64,000 bases of DNA. Origin: a virus. A program made the position numbers and the translations under genes. The stretch is taken from IMG/VR virus record IMGVR_UViG_3300025110_000002, positions 4,124-68,123 of that record, one strand, 5' to 3'. The notes beneath the pieces were generated by a model that worked only from the letters and a program-made list of their open reading frames with translations, made no database searches and had not been told where the DNA came from. Every line of letters starts with the position of its first letter. Positions within the stretch are counted from its first letter, which is position 1. Below are positions 40,430 to 50,493 of the stretch, piece by piece.

Positions 40430-41153
40430 TAAAGAAATTATTGATAAGCTTAAAATAGATGAACATTATTACGGAAAATTTGGAAATCAATATTTAAGCA
40501 ATTCAGATATTTCCGTATTATTAGCCAATCCTCTTGACTTTAAGCAGCCTTCAGAAAATTCAACGAACTTTTTAATCGGTGGTTATTTTCATACAGCAAT
40601 ACTTGAACCAGATAAACTGAAAAAGTATAAAGTAATTGAGAGTACAACTAGAAACACAAAGAAGTATAAGGAAATTTCTGGGGGAGAGCTATGCTTATTA
40701 CAGCGAGAAGTTGATATGATTGAAATAATGCGAGACAAGTTATTTGAAAATAGAATTTGTAGAGATTTAATAGAACAAAAAAATAACGAATATGAAAAAC
40801 CGGGTATTATCGAATTAGAAGGTAATATGTGGAAAGGTAAAGGAGATATTATTAATCACAATGAAAAATTAATAGTTGATCTGAAAACAACAAGCAATGT
40901 TTTAAAATTTAAAGCCAGTGCTTATCGATATAATTATGATAGCCAAGCTTATATTTATAAACATATATTTGGATATGACTTTTTATTTATAGTAATAGAT
41001 AAAACTACGCACCAAATAGGTTTGTTTGATTGTTCTGAAAGCTTTTATGCTTCAGGCAAAGACAAGGTGAAAAAAGCTACAGACGTTTATGAATTATTTT
41101 ATAAGACTGAAGGTTTTGATCCTAAGCAATATTTTATAACTAAAACACTTTAA
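40422..41153 (+). CDS. PD-(D/E)xK exonuclease (RecE/ExoVIII-like)
   Basis: LSNS, G..FHTAILEP, KGKGD...IVDLKTT and YDSQAYIY. Confidence 0.85.
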   Translation: MDNKEIIDKLKIDEHYYGKFGNQYLSNSDISVLLANPLDFKQPSENSTNFLIGGYFHTAILEPDKLKKYKVIESTTRNTKKYKEISGGELCLLQREVDMIEIMRDKLFENRICRDLIEQKNNEYEKPGIIELEGNMWKGKGDIINHNEKLIVDLKTTSNVLKFKASAYRYNYDSQAYIYKHIFGYDFLFIVIDKTTHQIGLFDCSESFYASGKDKVKKATDVYELFYKTEGFDPKQYFITKTL

Positions 41154-41169
41154 TTTAAATTTTAATATT

Positions 41170-41337
41170 ATGGCACGAACAAAAAAAAGAACTTGCAGTG
41201 TAACAGGTATTACTACTAATGAAAGAAATTTTTATAGTAATCAACCACATGTTAAAGCTGTAGACAATTTAAGACGCGCAACCGGAGCTAATAAAGCTCA
41301 ACTGACTAGAATGTTTAATCAATTATCAACATATTAA
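41170..41337 (+). CDS. Hypothetical protein
   Basis: Manually translated 55 aa starting MARTKKRTCSVTG. Confidence 0.55.
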   Translation: MARTKKRTCSVTGITTNERNFYSNQPHVKAVDNLRRATGANKAQLTRMFNQLSTY

Positions 41338-41339
41338 TT

Positions 41340-41660
41340 ATGGCAAGCATAATAGCAACGAGTATCGACCTTACCAAGATACCAAAAGAAAAAATAATAA
41401 CTGGTAAGAAAGGTAAATATTTACCTATAACTGTTACAATAAATGATGAACTAGATCAATTTAACAATAATGGGCCTGTAATTGTTCAACAAACAAAAGA
41501 GGAACGTGATGCTAAAACTGAAAAAGTTTATTTAGGGAATGTAAAAGTAGTATGGACTAACGGCAATAATGTTGATGTAGCCCCAAGGGAAGATCAACCC
41601 CAGCAATCAAACGCTGCGCCAGTAGAACCAGTAATTAAAGACGACGATTTACCATTTTAA
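41340..41660 (+). CDS. Single-stranded DNA-binding protein
   Basis: Small beta-rich protein with an acidic DDDLPF tail, adjacent to the helicase. Confidence 0.75.
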   Translation: MASIIATSIDLTKIPKEKIITGKKGKYLPITVTINDELDQFNNNGPVIVQQTKEERDAKTEKVYLGNVKVVWTNGNNVDVAPREDQPQQSNAAPVEPVIKDDDLPF

Positions 41661-41668
41661 AAACAACT

Positions 41669-43378
41669 ATGAACACTACGGAGATCAATGGATTTTTGAT
41701 TGATACATTCAATCAATATGATCTGCCAGAAGGGAAAAAAGAGGGCACTTGTCCTCTTTGTTCTTCTAGTAGAAGACCTGAAAATAAGAAAAAGAAGTGT
41801 GCTTCTTATGATTGGGAACGGGGTCTCGGTACTTGTCATAATTGTAATCAAACTTTTCAACTTCACTCTTATCAAAGAAAGGGTGATAAAGATAAAGTAT
41901 ATCTATTGCCTGAAGTACATTATAATCCCGTTAGTACTAAGGTTCAGAAATGGTTTAAAAGTCGCGGTATATCTCAGCAGACCCTTGATGCTTTAAAAGT
42001 TTCTGAGGGTCTGGAGTATATGCCACAAACGAACAAAAAAGAAAATGCTATACATTTCAATTATTATACGGGTGGAGAATTAGTAAACATAAAATATAGA
42101 GATGGTAGGAAAAATTTTAAATTATATAAAGGAGCAGAAAAGATATTTTATAATATTGATAATACCGTAGGACATAAAGACTGTATTATTGTAGAAGGAG
42201 AAATGGATGCTTTATCTTTTTATGAAGTTGGAGTGCCTAATGTTATATCTGTACCTAATGGGGCTACATTAAATTCTAATAACCTAGATTATTTAGATAA
42301 TTGTATTGATTATTTTTCAGATAAAGAAAAAATTATTATTGCAGTTGATCAAGATGAACCAGGTCAAGCTCTACAACAAGAGTTAATTAGAAGATTAGGA
42401 GCTGAAATTTGTTATGTAGCTTCTTTTGAAGATTGTAAAGACGCAAATGAATATTTATTAAAATATGGATCTGAAAGATTATCAAAGTGTATTGAACAAG
42501 CAAAACCGGTACCACTCGAAAATGTTACAACATTTAAAGAAATTGAGTCTGAAATTACTGACTTTGTTAAACATGGCTTTAAAAAAGGTTATCAAGTTGG
42601 TTTATCAAATTTTGATGAAATTTTTTCAACTTACACCGGACAGTTTATTACTGTTACTGGCATACCTTCTTCTGGGAAGTCTGATTTTGTGGATCAAATG
42701 GTTGTCGGATATAATGTAAATTATAAATGGAAAACAGCTTTTGCATCACCCGAAAATGCACCTACATATTTACATGCACATAAATTAATGCGAAAAGTAT
42801 GGCAAGGAATGCCAACACCAGGAGATATTGGCAGTAAAAAATGGCAAGAAGTGGCAGACCATGTAAATGATAATTTCTTTTTTATTGATATGGAAAGGTA
42901 TACTTTAGAATCAGTATTAAGAAAAGGAGCTGAGCTTGTTAAGCGTAAAGGAATTAAATGTTTGGTTATTGACCCATTTAATAAAATAAGAGATATAGAT
43001 TCTAAATTAGAAGATGTAAATAGATACACAATGGAATACCTTACTAAAATTGAAATATTTGCTAAAAAATATGATGTTTTAGTTATAATAGTGGCTCATC
43101 CTACAAAAATGTATAGAGATGGTAATGGAAAAATAGAAGAGCCTAATATGTATAATATAAAAGGGGGAGGAGAATGGTATGATGCTTCTTATCATGGGCT
43201 TTTAGTTCATAGAGATTATGAAAATAAAACAGTAAAGGCTAAAGTATTAAAAGTTAAATTTCAAAACTTAGGAGAAAATGGGGCTGAGGCTCATTTTAAG
43301 TGGGATCCAATGTCTGGCTGTTTTATTCCTCAAGAAAATTTTAATACAAAAAATGAGTTAATGCCCTGGGAAAATTAA
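41669..43378 (+). CDS. Twinkle/T7 gp4-type primase-helicase
   Basis: Zn finger CPLC..CHNC, TOPRIM IVEGEMDALS and DQDEPG/KDANE, helicase TGIPSSGKS, LVIDP and VAHP. Confidence 0.93.
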   Translation: MNTTEINGFLIDTFNQYDLPEGKKEGTCPLCSSSRRPENKKKKCASYDWERGLGTCHNCNQTFQLHSYQRKGDKDKVYLLPEVHYNPVSTKVQKWFKSRGISQQTLDALKVSEGLEYMPQTNKKENAIHFNYYTGGELVNIKYRDGRKNFKLYKGAEKIFYNIDNTVGHKDCIIVEGEMDALSFYEVGVPNVISVPNGATLNSNNLDYLDNCIDYFSDKEKIIIAVDQDEPGQALQQELIRRLGAEICYVASFEDCKDANEYLLKYGSERLSKCIEQAKPVPLENVTTFKEIESEITDFVKHGFKKGYQVGLSNFDEIFSTYTGQFITVTGIPSSGKSDFVDQMVVGYNVNYKWKTAFASPENAPTYLHAHKLMRKVWQGMPTPGDIGSKKWQEVADHVNDNFFFIDMERYTLESVLRKGAELVKRKGIKCLVIDPFNKIRDIDSKLEDVNRYTMEYLTKIEIFAKKYDVLVIIVAHPTKMYRDGNGKIEEPNMYNIKGGGEWYDASYHGLLVHRDYENKTVKAKVLKVKFQNLGENGAEAHFKWDPMSGCFIPQENFNTKNELMPWEN

Positions 43379-43382
43379 TATT

Positions 43383-43679
43383 ATGAAATCATTATATGCA
43401 AAAAAAAGAACTAATTATAAAGGATTATCAAGTACAAAATGGTTCCCAACAAAAGAATATGATAAATGGAATTCATATTGTGTAGACAATAATATAAGAA
43501 TTTTTCCAATTCCTACAACTAAAGGTATGTATCCTGAAGAATGGAAAATTGGTATTTGTTTAGGGCCTTATAAAAAAGGCGAAAAACCTCATATATCTCC
43601 TAATGTTTATACGGTAGATAATATTTATGAAGAAATGGCTAAAATGAAAAAATATTATTATGATAAATATAGAAAATGA
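43383..43679 (+). CDS. Hypothetical protein
   Basis: 98-aa ORF. Confidence 0.6.
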   Translation: MKSLYAKKRTNYKGLSSTKWFPTKEYDKWNSYCVDNNIRIFPIPTTKGMYPEEWKIGICLGPYKKGEKPHISPNVYTVDNIYEEMAKMKKYYYDKYRK

Positions 43680-44475
43680 ATACTTGCAATTAATGGCAGG
43701 GGTTCTTTATGGGGGTAAAGAAAAAGAAGACAGAACAGGAACCGGCACAAGATCAGTGTTTGGCAGAATGATAAGACACGATATGAAATGTGGGTTTCCA
43801 ATATTAACAACAAAAAAAATATATTTTGAAAAAGCACTTGCAGAAATTTTATGGATTATTAACGGAAGAACCGATCTTAAGTATCTCCATGACAACAATA
43901 TTAAGTATTGGGATTATGATTATAAAAGATCTAAACGCACAGATGGAACTCTGGGTAAAATATACGGCCATCAGTGGCGTAATTTTAATTCTGTTGATCA
44001 GTTTAAGGAGGTCATTAATGAAATTAAAAATAATCCAAATTCGCGGAGACTTATGGTTTCGGCTTGGAATCCTTTTGACATGGGTGATATGGTTTTGCCT
44101 CCCTGTCATTATGGCTTTCAAATTTATATAAACAAAGGTAAGATGAGTTTAATGTGGCAACAAAGATCTGCTGATATATTCTTAGGATTACCTTACGATA
44201 TAACCATGTACGGCTTACTACTAGAAATGTTGTGTGCTGGACTTGGTTACGTTCCGGACCAATTGATAGGCAGTTTGGGCGATTGTCATTTATATAACAA
44301 TCATTTAGATCAAGCTAAACTTCAATTAGGAAGAACACCCTATATCCTACCTAAAATAAAAATAAAAAAGGGTATTGATATAAAAAATGGTGCATTATTT
44401 GTACCAACTAAAACTATGATTAATTTAATTAAATACAAACACTATGAAACAATTAAAGCTAACCTTTCTTATTAG
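43660..44475 (+). CDS. thyA: Thymidylate synthase
   Basis: DRTGTGT, YGHQWR, SRRL, LPPCH, QRSADIFLGLPYD and DCHLYNNH. Confidence 0.95.
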   Translation: MINIENEYLQLMAGVLYGGKEKEDRTGTGTRSVFGRMIRHDMKCGFPILTTKKIYFEKALAEILWIINGRTDLKYLHDNNIKYWDYDYKRSKRTDGTLGKIYGHQWRNFNSVDQFKEVINEIKNNPNSRRLMVSAWNPFDMGDMVLPPCHYGFQIYINKGKMSLMWQQRSADIFLGLPYDITMYGLLLEMLCAGLGYVPDQLIGSLGDCHLYNNHLDQAKLQLGRTPYILPKIKIKKGIDIKNGALFVPTKTMINLIKYKHYETIKANLSY

Positions 44476-44878
44476 TGTATTTGCTATTTTTATGGCCAAT
44501 GCTCAATGGCTTTCGTTTTCAAAAAACAAAGCTGTAAAATATCAAAACGCTGTAAGAAGTTATTATGAATTAAATCTACTATCTTTGGATAGAGAATTAA
44601 GCAGATCTGCTCAATTATGGGCAGAAGAAATGGCGGAAACAGATGATTTTTTATTTTCACCCTATGAATTTGGTGAAACTATATATAGATTAAATAAAAA
44701 AGAATTTTTTGAGCCAAAAAACAGTTATTTAGATGCTGCTGTAGCATGGATTCAGGCTTACGAAGAACCTGAATATTATCAAACTTTATGTGTAGATTGT
44801 GCTTTTGTAGGATACGGAAAAGCAGAAAACGAATCCTATATTTATATAGTAGCAAAATACGATAAATTATATAAATAA
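44444..44878 (+). CDS. Secreted CAP/SCP-domain protein
   Basis: Signal peptide, then LDRELSRSAQLWAEEMA...GETI...A..W...VGYG...YIVAKY. Confidence 0.65.
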   Translation: MKQLKLTFLISVFAIFMANAQWLSFSKNKAVKYQNAVRSYYELNLLSLDRELSRSAQLWAEEMAETDDFLFSPYEFGETIYRLNKKEFFEPKNSYLDAAVAWIQAYEEPEYYQTLCVDCAFVGYGKAENESYIYIVAKYDKLYK

Positions 44879-44881
44879 AAA

Positions 44882-45637
44882 ATGTATTATATTTATCACA
44901 TCCCGGGTAAAAAAATAGGTGTCACACGTGATTTAAATAAGCGTGTGACAAATGCCCAGGGCTATAAACCCGGAGAATATGAGGTTTTAGATGCATCAAC
45001 AGATATTGATTATATATCTAATAAAGAATTAGCCCTTCAAAGAAGGTTTGGTTATAAAGTTGATTTAAGGCCTTATAAAGAATTAGGAAAATCAAATTAT
45101 ATGAAAACACATACGTCTTCAGAAGCTACTACAACATTTAAAATTCCTTTAAATGAAATAAACGCAAAATTTTTAACAGATTTAGTTATTGAAACAAATT
45201 TAGGAACGTTTAAATTAGATGCTAAAGATAAAATTGAATGGATACTAAGTAATATTCACCCTAGCCAATATGGCCCAGAAACCTGTTATATATATAATAA
45301 GGCTATGGCAGAAGAAGGTGCATTTCAGAAATACATAAAAGATGTAAGTTTTGAAGAAATAAGAGAATGGGCTGCTTCTAGAAATATAACTTCAAAGGGA
45401 GATAGTAAAACTCAATTTGCAAAACTTGTAGAAGAGATTGGTGAACTTGCACAAGGTTTATTAAAAAATAATAAAGCAGAAACAAAAGATGCTATAGGGG
45501 ATATTATAGTTGTATTAACCAATCTTTCTACTTTAGAGGGTTTTAAAATTGAAGATTGTATGAATCATGCTTATAATGAAATCCAAAATAGAACAGGAAA
45601 AATAATAAATGGTACATTTGTAAAAGACACATTATGA
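44882..45637 (+). CDS. MazG-like NTP pyrophosphohydrolase with N-terminal GIY-YIG-like region
   Basis: C-terminal KLVEEIGELA...KDAIGDIIVVL...AYNEIQNRTG and N-terminal YYIYHI..KKIGVT.DL..R. Confidence 0.75.
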   Translation: MYYIYHIPGKKIGVTRDLNKRVTNAQGYKPGEYEVLDASTDIDYISNKELALQRRFGYKVDLRPYKELGKSNYMKTHTSSEATTTFKIPLNEINAKFLTDLVIETNLGTFKLDAKDKIEWILSNIHPSQYGPETCYIYNKAMAEEGAFQKYIKDVSFEEIREWAASRNITSKGDSKTQFAKLVEEIGELAQGLLKNNKAETKDAIGDIIVVLTNLSTLEGFKIEDCMNHAYNEIQNRTGKIINGTFVKDTL

Positions 45638-45864
45638 TAAGAGATCAAATAATAAAACAAGTAATAAATAAAATTAAATCAAGATCTGACGTTGGATTTA
45701 AAAAATATGGTGTTACTTTGCATCAAGATGATCAGCCTTTAGATGTATGGTTACAACATATACAAGAAGAATTAATGGACGCTGTAAATTATCTTGAAAA
45801 AGCAAGAGCTGTTTTGCGTGAAGAAATAGAGGAGTGCTATATTAGAGATGCGAAGAAAGATTAG
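45634..45864 (+). CDS. Small all-alpha nucleotide pyrophosphohydrolase-like protein
   Basis: G..KYG.TL...WLQHIQEELMDAVNY. Confidence 0.6.
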   Translation: MIRDQIIKQVINKIKSRSDVGFKKYGVTLHQDDQPLDVWLQHIQEELMDAVNYLEKARAVLREEIEECYIRDAKKD

Positions 45865-46297
45865 AAGAAAAAAGGGACCTGTTCAAGCAAAAAAAATAAC
45901 TTATAATAATATTAATTTTGCTTCAGGATTAGAGAAATATATGTATGTTTCTTTAAGAAAAAATAAAATCAAAGCCAAATATGAGGGGGAAACTTTTGTG
46001 CTTATAAATGGTTTTCATTTTGCTAACGATTCCTATGAAAGACAATCTAATGGTAAAGGGAGCTTTTCTAATAGAGGCGCTAAAAGAATATTACCTATAA
46101 AATACACACCAGATTTTATAGGAGATAATTTTATAATAGAAACAAAAGGAAGGGCTAATGAATCTTTTCCAATAAGATGGAAGTTGTTTAAAAAACTAGT
46201 TTCTGAACAATTTCCAGAGTATGTTCTATTTAAACCCCAAAATCAAAAAGAATGCGACAAGGTAATAGAAATAATAAAGGAGATGCGAAAGCGTTAG
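45848..46297 (+). CDS. T7 endonuclease I-like Holliday junction resolvase
   Basis: FASGLE...YTPDF...IIETKG. Confidence 0.8.
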   Translation: MRRKIRRKKGPVQAKKITYNNINFASGLEKYMYVSLRKNKIKAKYEGETFVLINGFHFANDSYERQSNGKGSFSNRGAKRILPIKYTPDFIGDNFIIETKGRANESFPIRWKLFKKLVSEQFPEYVLFKPQNQKECDKVIEIIKEMRKR

Positions 46298-46711
46298 CCA
46301 GAAAAAAATACGCAGAAAGGCAAATAAACCATTGGATTAAATGGTCTATGGAAAGCAGAGGTTATATTAAATATAAAGAATTAGTTGAAATTCAAAACCG
46401 CTATAAAATAAAATGCTATGGCTAAGAAAATTATTGGACACAATTATAATAAAAAACATAAAATAAAACGAAAAGGAGTTCATGCAAAAAGTAAAACAAG
46501 TAAACTTAAAACTAGTAAACTATATCGCAAACCCTACAAATCACAAGGAAGATGATACCACGAATGATACCCGATAATTGGGAAATTACTTTAGGCCTTT
46601 ATCCTGGAATATTAATAGGAGTAAGGTCTTATATAGAACAAACTTATGTGCAACATGTAATATATTTACCTTTTGTGGATATATGTATTGAAATAGATAA
46701 AGAAAATTAAT

Positions 46712-47680
46712 ATGGGCTTATTTGATGAAAGAATACCGTATAAACCTTTTGAATATCCTGAATATTATTCAGAAGGGTGGTTAAAACAAGCACAAGCTTT
46801 TTGGCTTCATACAGAAATTCCAATGTCTGGAGACGTCAAAGACTGGAATGAAAAGCTGACTAAAGCAGAAAAAAACTTAGTTGGTAATATTTTATTAGGA
46901 TTCGCACAAACAGAGTGTGCGGTGTCGGATTATTGGACACAAAAAGTAGTGTCGTGGTTTCCTAAACACGAAATTCAACAAATGGCTATGATGTTTGGAT
47001 CACAGGAAACAATACATGCAGTAGCCTATTCATATTTAAACGAAACCCTTGGATTGGAAAATTTTGAAGCGTTCCTTCAAGACAGGGCAACAATGGAGCG
47101 CTTCGATAACTTAATCACTTATAATGGAAAAAACCCTATTGGAATTGCTAAAAGTCTTGCAATATTTAGTGCATTCGCAGAAGGAGTTAGCTTGTATTCT
47201 GCTTTCGCTGTTCTTTATAGCTTTCAATTACGTAATCTCCTTAAGGGAGTGGGGCAACAAATGAAATGGAGTGTAAGAGATGAATCTTTACATTCAAAAA
47301 TGGGTTGCCAGCTATTTAGACATATGTGTGAAGAAATACCTAATTTAAAAGAGCAGTGTTATGACGAAGTCTTTGAGGCAGCTAAAACCATGCTTAAAGC
47401 AGAAGAAAAATATATCGATAAAATGTTTGAACTGGGAGACATCGAAAACCTTAAGTCCAACGACCTCAAAAATTTTATTAGAAAAAGACTTAATGAAAAA
47501 ATCGTTGAACTTGGTTACAGCAACAAACGGCGATACTTTGAATTTGATAAAGAATCAGCAGGTTCCCTTGATTGGTTTTACCACCTTACAGGAGGTCATA
47601 CCCATACTGATTTTTTTGCTATTCGCCCAACTGATTATTCAAAGGCTAATGAAGGTGAAGATTTTGAAGATATTTGGTAA
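46712..47680 (+). CDS. nrdB: Ribonucleotide reductase class Ia beta subunit
   Basis: ETIH..AY, EGVSLYSAF, RDESLH and DFFA.RPTDYSK. Confidence 0.95.
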   Translation: MGLFDERIPYKPFEYPEYYSEGWLKQAQAFWLHTEIPMSGDVKDWNEKLTKAEKNLVGNILLGFAQTECAVSDYWTQKVVSWFPKHEIQQMAMMFGSQETIHAVAYSYLNETLGLENFEAFLQDRATMERFDNLITYNGKNPIGIAKSLAIFSAFAEGVSLYSAFAVLYSFQLRNLLKGVGQQMKWSVRDESLHSKMGCQLFRHMCEEIPNLKEQCYDEVFEAAKTMLKAEEKYIDKMFELGDIENLKSNDLKNFIRKRLNEKIVELGYSNKRRYFEFDKESAGSLDWFYHLTGGHTHTDFFAIRPTDYSKANEGEDFEDIW

Positions 47681-47859
47681 TTATGAAAAAACTATACAAC
47701 AAATTTTTAGAAAAAATAAGTAAAAATAAATTTAGACAGTGGAAATTAAAACAACCTTTATGGATACAACTTTTAATTGAAATACCTATTTTTATATTTA
47801 TATTTTGGCTATTAAATTTAATATTTAATCCTTTTGGATACAGAATAACCCCTTGGTGA
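47674..47859 (+). CDS. Small membrane protein
   Basis: One TM segment in 61 aa. Confidence 0.5.
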   Translation: MVIMKKLYNKFLEKISKNKFRQWKLKQPLWIQLLIEIPIFIFIFWLLNLIFNPFGYRITPW

Positions 47860-48245
47860 TGGTTAAAGTATTTAAAAGTAAAAATGAAAATATTAGAACT
47901 TGTAATATTTGTAAAAAAAAGAAAAAAAGTTCTAAATTTAAACATGACTATAAAAAAACTTGTATAAGGTGTGAATTTAGATGGAAAAGAAGTTTTTTAA
48001 GGTTATTAATCCATGATAGAAGACTATCTGCTAAAGAAAGATTAGCTAATAGACTGGGATATATGGGCACAGCATTTATAATGATGTCACCATATTTATT
48101 AAATTATGGAAATATAGGGGCTATAACATACGTTATTGGAGGTATTGTTTGTATACCACAAGTATGGGTAGCTAAACAATGGAATTTAGTTGCAGTTAAT
48201 ATTAATGTAAGTATAGGCTATTTAATTTATTTAATTTATATATAA
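47853..48245 (+). CDS. Zn-ribbon plus membrane-domain protein
   Basis: CNIC...CIRC followed by three hydrophobic helices. Confidence 0.55.
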   Translation: MVMVKVFKSKNENIRTCNICKKKKKSSKFKHDYKKTCIRCEFRWKRSFLRLLIHDRRLSAKERLANRLGYMGTAFIMMSPYLLNYGNIGAITYVIGGIVCIPQVWVAKQWNLVAVNINVSIGYLIYLIYI

Positions 48246-48249
48246 AAAA

Positions 48250-48471
48250 ATGAAAGAAAGCAAATTGATTGAAATGTGGAATAGAATTGAAGTTTTAGGA
48301 AGCAATGTTCAACAAATAATTCAAGAATTGCATAATTTAAAAGATTTATCTATAGGTACTATGCAATTAATAAAAAATTTTTCTGAATATGATAAAGCTG
48401 TAGAAAAATTAAAAAAAGATTTAAAAGAAAAAACCGAAAAAGAAAAAAAAGAAAAAGAAAATGTGGAATAA
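48250..48471 (+). CDS. Hypothetical coiled-coil protein
   Basis: 73-aa ORF. Confidence 0.55.
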   Translation: MKESKLIEMWNRIEVLGSNVQQIIQELHNLKDLSIGTMQLIKNFSEYDKAVEKLKKDLKEKTEKEKKEKENVE

Positions 48472-50203
48472 CAACTGGATAAAAGGTAAAGATTATCCAT
48501 CTTGGGGTGATACCGACGTATATAAAAAAACAATATCTGGTGGTTATTTAATTAATGGAGAATCACCTCGTGATGCTTATATGCGTGTTGCAAAAACTGT
48601 AGCAAAGCGTTTATATAAGCCAGAACTAGCTGAAAAGTTTTTTGAATACATATGGAAGGGTTGGTTGTGTTTAGCCTCACCAGTGCTCTCTAATACAGGT
48701 TCTGACAGAGGTTTACCTATTAGTTGTTTTGGAATTGATGTTGCAGATAGTATACAGGATATAGGTAATAAAAATTTAGAAATGATGTTACTTGCAAAAC
48801 ACGGTGGGGGTGTGGGTATCGGAGTTAATATGATTCGTCCTGCCGGAGCTAAAATTACAGGTAATGGAACTTCAGACGGTGTTGTCCCTTTTTGCAAAAT
48901 TTACGACTCAACTATATTGGCGACCAATCAGGGTTCCGTTAGAAGAGGAGCTGCAAGCGTTAATATCAATATTGAACACAATGATTTCCTCGAATGGTTG
49001 GAAATTAGAGAGCCTAAAGGAGATGTCAATAGACAATCTCTTAACTTGCACCAGTGTGTTGTCATTGGTGATAAGTTTATGCGAAGACTTGAACAAGGAG
49101 ATCCAGAAGCTAGGAAAAAATGGGGGAAAGTACTCCAAAAACGCAAAGCAACTGGAGAACCATATATCCTCTTTAAAGGAAATACAAATAAAGCTAATCC
49201 AGAAGCATATAAGAAAAATAGCTTAAAAGTACATATGACTAATATATGTAGTGAAATTATATTACACACAGATGAGTCGCATAGTTTTGTATGTTGTTTA
49301 TCATCTGTTAATTTAGACAAATACGACGAATGGAAAAATACAAATTTAATTTACGACGCGACATGGTTTTTGGACGGTGTGCTAGAAGAATTTATTCAGC
49401 GGGCAAAGAATATGAAAGGATTCGAGAACTCTGTACGCAGTGCGGAGAAAGGGAGGGCGCTTGGGCTTGGTGTCCTTGGGTGGCACAGCCTGCTTCAGAA
49501 AAATGGTATAGCATTCGAGGGATTATTAGCACAATTCAAAACGCGAGAAATATTCTCAAAACTAAAATTAGAAACAGAAAGAGCTTCTAGAGCTTTAGCT
49601 GAAATATATGGGGAACCTTTATGGTGTGTAGGTACTGGATTTAGAAATACACATTTACGTGCAATAGCCCCAACTGTATCTAATAGTAAATTAGCAGGTA
49701 ATGTTTCCCCTGGTATTGAACCTTGGGCCGCTAATGTTTTTACAGAACAATCTGCTAAAGGTACTTTTATTAGAAAAAATAATGAACTTAAAAAAATACT
49801 TAGAAGATTAGGTATTGATAATAAAGAAACTTGGGATAAAATTTTAGAAGATGGAGGATCTGTTCAAGGACTCAAAAAGCTTGATGGATGGTTTTATGAT
49901 GAAAGAGGAAGATTAAACCAAGAAGGAGGTGAATCGGTAAAAGATGTTTTTAAGACTTTTAAAGAAATAAATCAACTTGAGCTTGCTAGACAAGCGGGTA
50001 TTCGCCAAGATTATATAGATCAGTCTGTTTCACTGAATTTGGCATTTCCAGCAGAGGCTACGCCCCGATGGATAAATCAAGTTCATGTAGAAGCATGGAA
50101 ACGCGGAATTAAAACTTTATATTATATGAGGACTGAATCCGTATTGAGGGGAGATATAGCAGCAGCAGCTATGGATCCTAATTGTTTAAGCTGCGATGGA
50201 TAA
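48461..50203 (+). CDS. nrdA: Ribonucleotide reductase class Ia alpha subunit (short, no ATP cone)
   Basis: PISCF, GGGVG, TNICSEI, LGLGVLG, APTVSNS, KTLYY and C-terminal CLSCDG. Confidence 0.95.
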   Translation: MWNNNWIKGKDYPSWGDTDVYKKTISGGYLINGESPRDAYMRVAKTVAKRLYKPELAEKFFEYIWKGWLCLASPVLSNTGSDRGLPISCFGIDVADSIQDIGNKNLEMMLLAKHGGGVGIGVNMIRPAGAKITGNGTSDGVVPFCKIYDSTILATNQGSVRRGAASVNINIEHNDFLEWLEIREPKGDVNRQSLNLHQCVVIGDKFMRRLEQGDPEARKKWGKVLQKRKATGEPYILFKGNTNKANPEAYKKNSLKVHMTNICSEIILHTDESHSFVCCLSSVNLDKYDEWKNTNLIYDATWFLDGVLEEFIQRAKNMKGFENSVRSAEKGRALGLGVLGWHSLLQKNGIAFEGLLAQFKTREIFSKLKLETERASRALAEIYGEPLWCVGTGFRNTHLRAIAPTVSNSKLAGNVSPGIEPWAANVFTEQSAKGTFIRKNNELKKILRRLGIDNKETWDKILEDGGSVQGLKKLDGWFYDERGRLNQEGGESVKDVFKTFKEINQLELARQAGIRQDYIDQSVSLNLAFPAEATPRWINQVHVEAWKRGIKTLYYMRTESVLRGDIAAAAMDPNCLSCDG

Positions 50204-50217
50204 CTTAAATTAATATT

Positions 50218-50451
50218 ATGTCACAGAAATTTACTTTTGCGGATGCAAAAAAGAAAATCAAAGAGTTGGAGTCTCAATTAAAAACTGCCAATAAAAAAAT
50301 GGCAACTTTTGCTGGAGATTTAATTTTGGATACAAAAGATAATGTATTTACACAAAAAGAACTCAAGAAAATTCGATTTCTAGAAATGTGGGCAATTGTT
50401 GGCCCAATAGCTGGAATAATAATAGGTGTTATAATTAGCCTATTCGTTTAA
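50218..50451 (+). CDS. Coiled-coil protein with C-terminal TM anchor
   Basis: 77 aa, last gene on the plus strand. Confidence 0.55.
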   Translation: MSQKFTFADAKKKIKELESQLKTANKKMATFAGDLILDTKDNVFTQKELKKIRFLEMWAIVGPIAGIIIGVIISLFV

Positions 50452-50493
50452 AAAAAAAGATAGGGTAGCTATTTATTTAGTTACCCTTTTTTT
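50451..50493. terminator. Bidirectional intrinsic terminator at the convergence point
   Basis: A-tract, then AGGGTAGCTA-TTTATT-TAGTTACCCT, then a T-tract, between convergent genes. Confidence 0.85.

Noticed and set aside
47361-49590. Alternate-frame ORFs of 86-130 aa inside nrdB and nrdA (similar ones in thyA and the primase)
   Set aside because: They are short enough to arise from codon bias in conserved genes and have no recognisable features.
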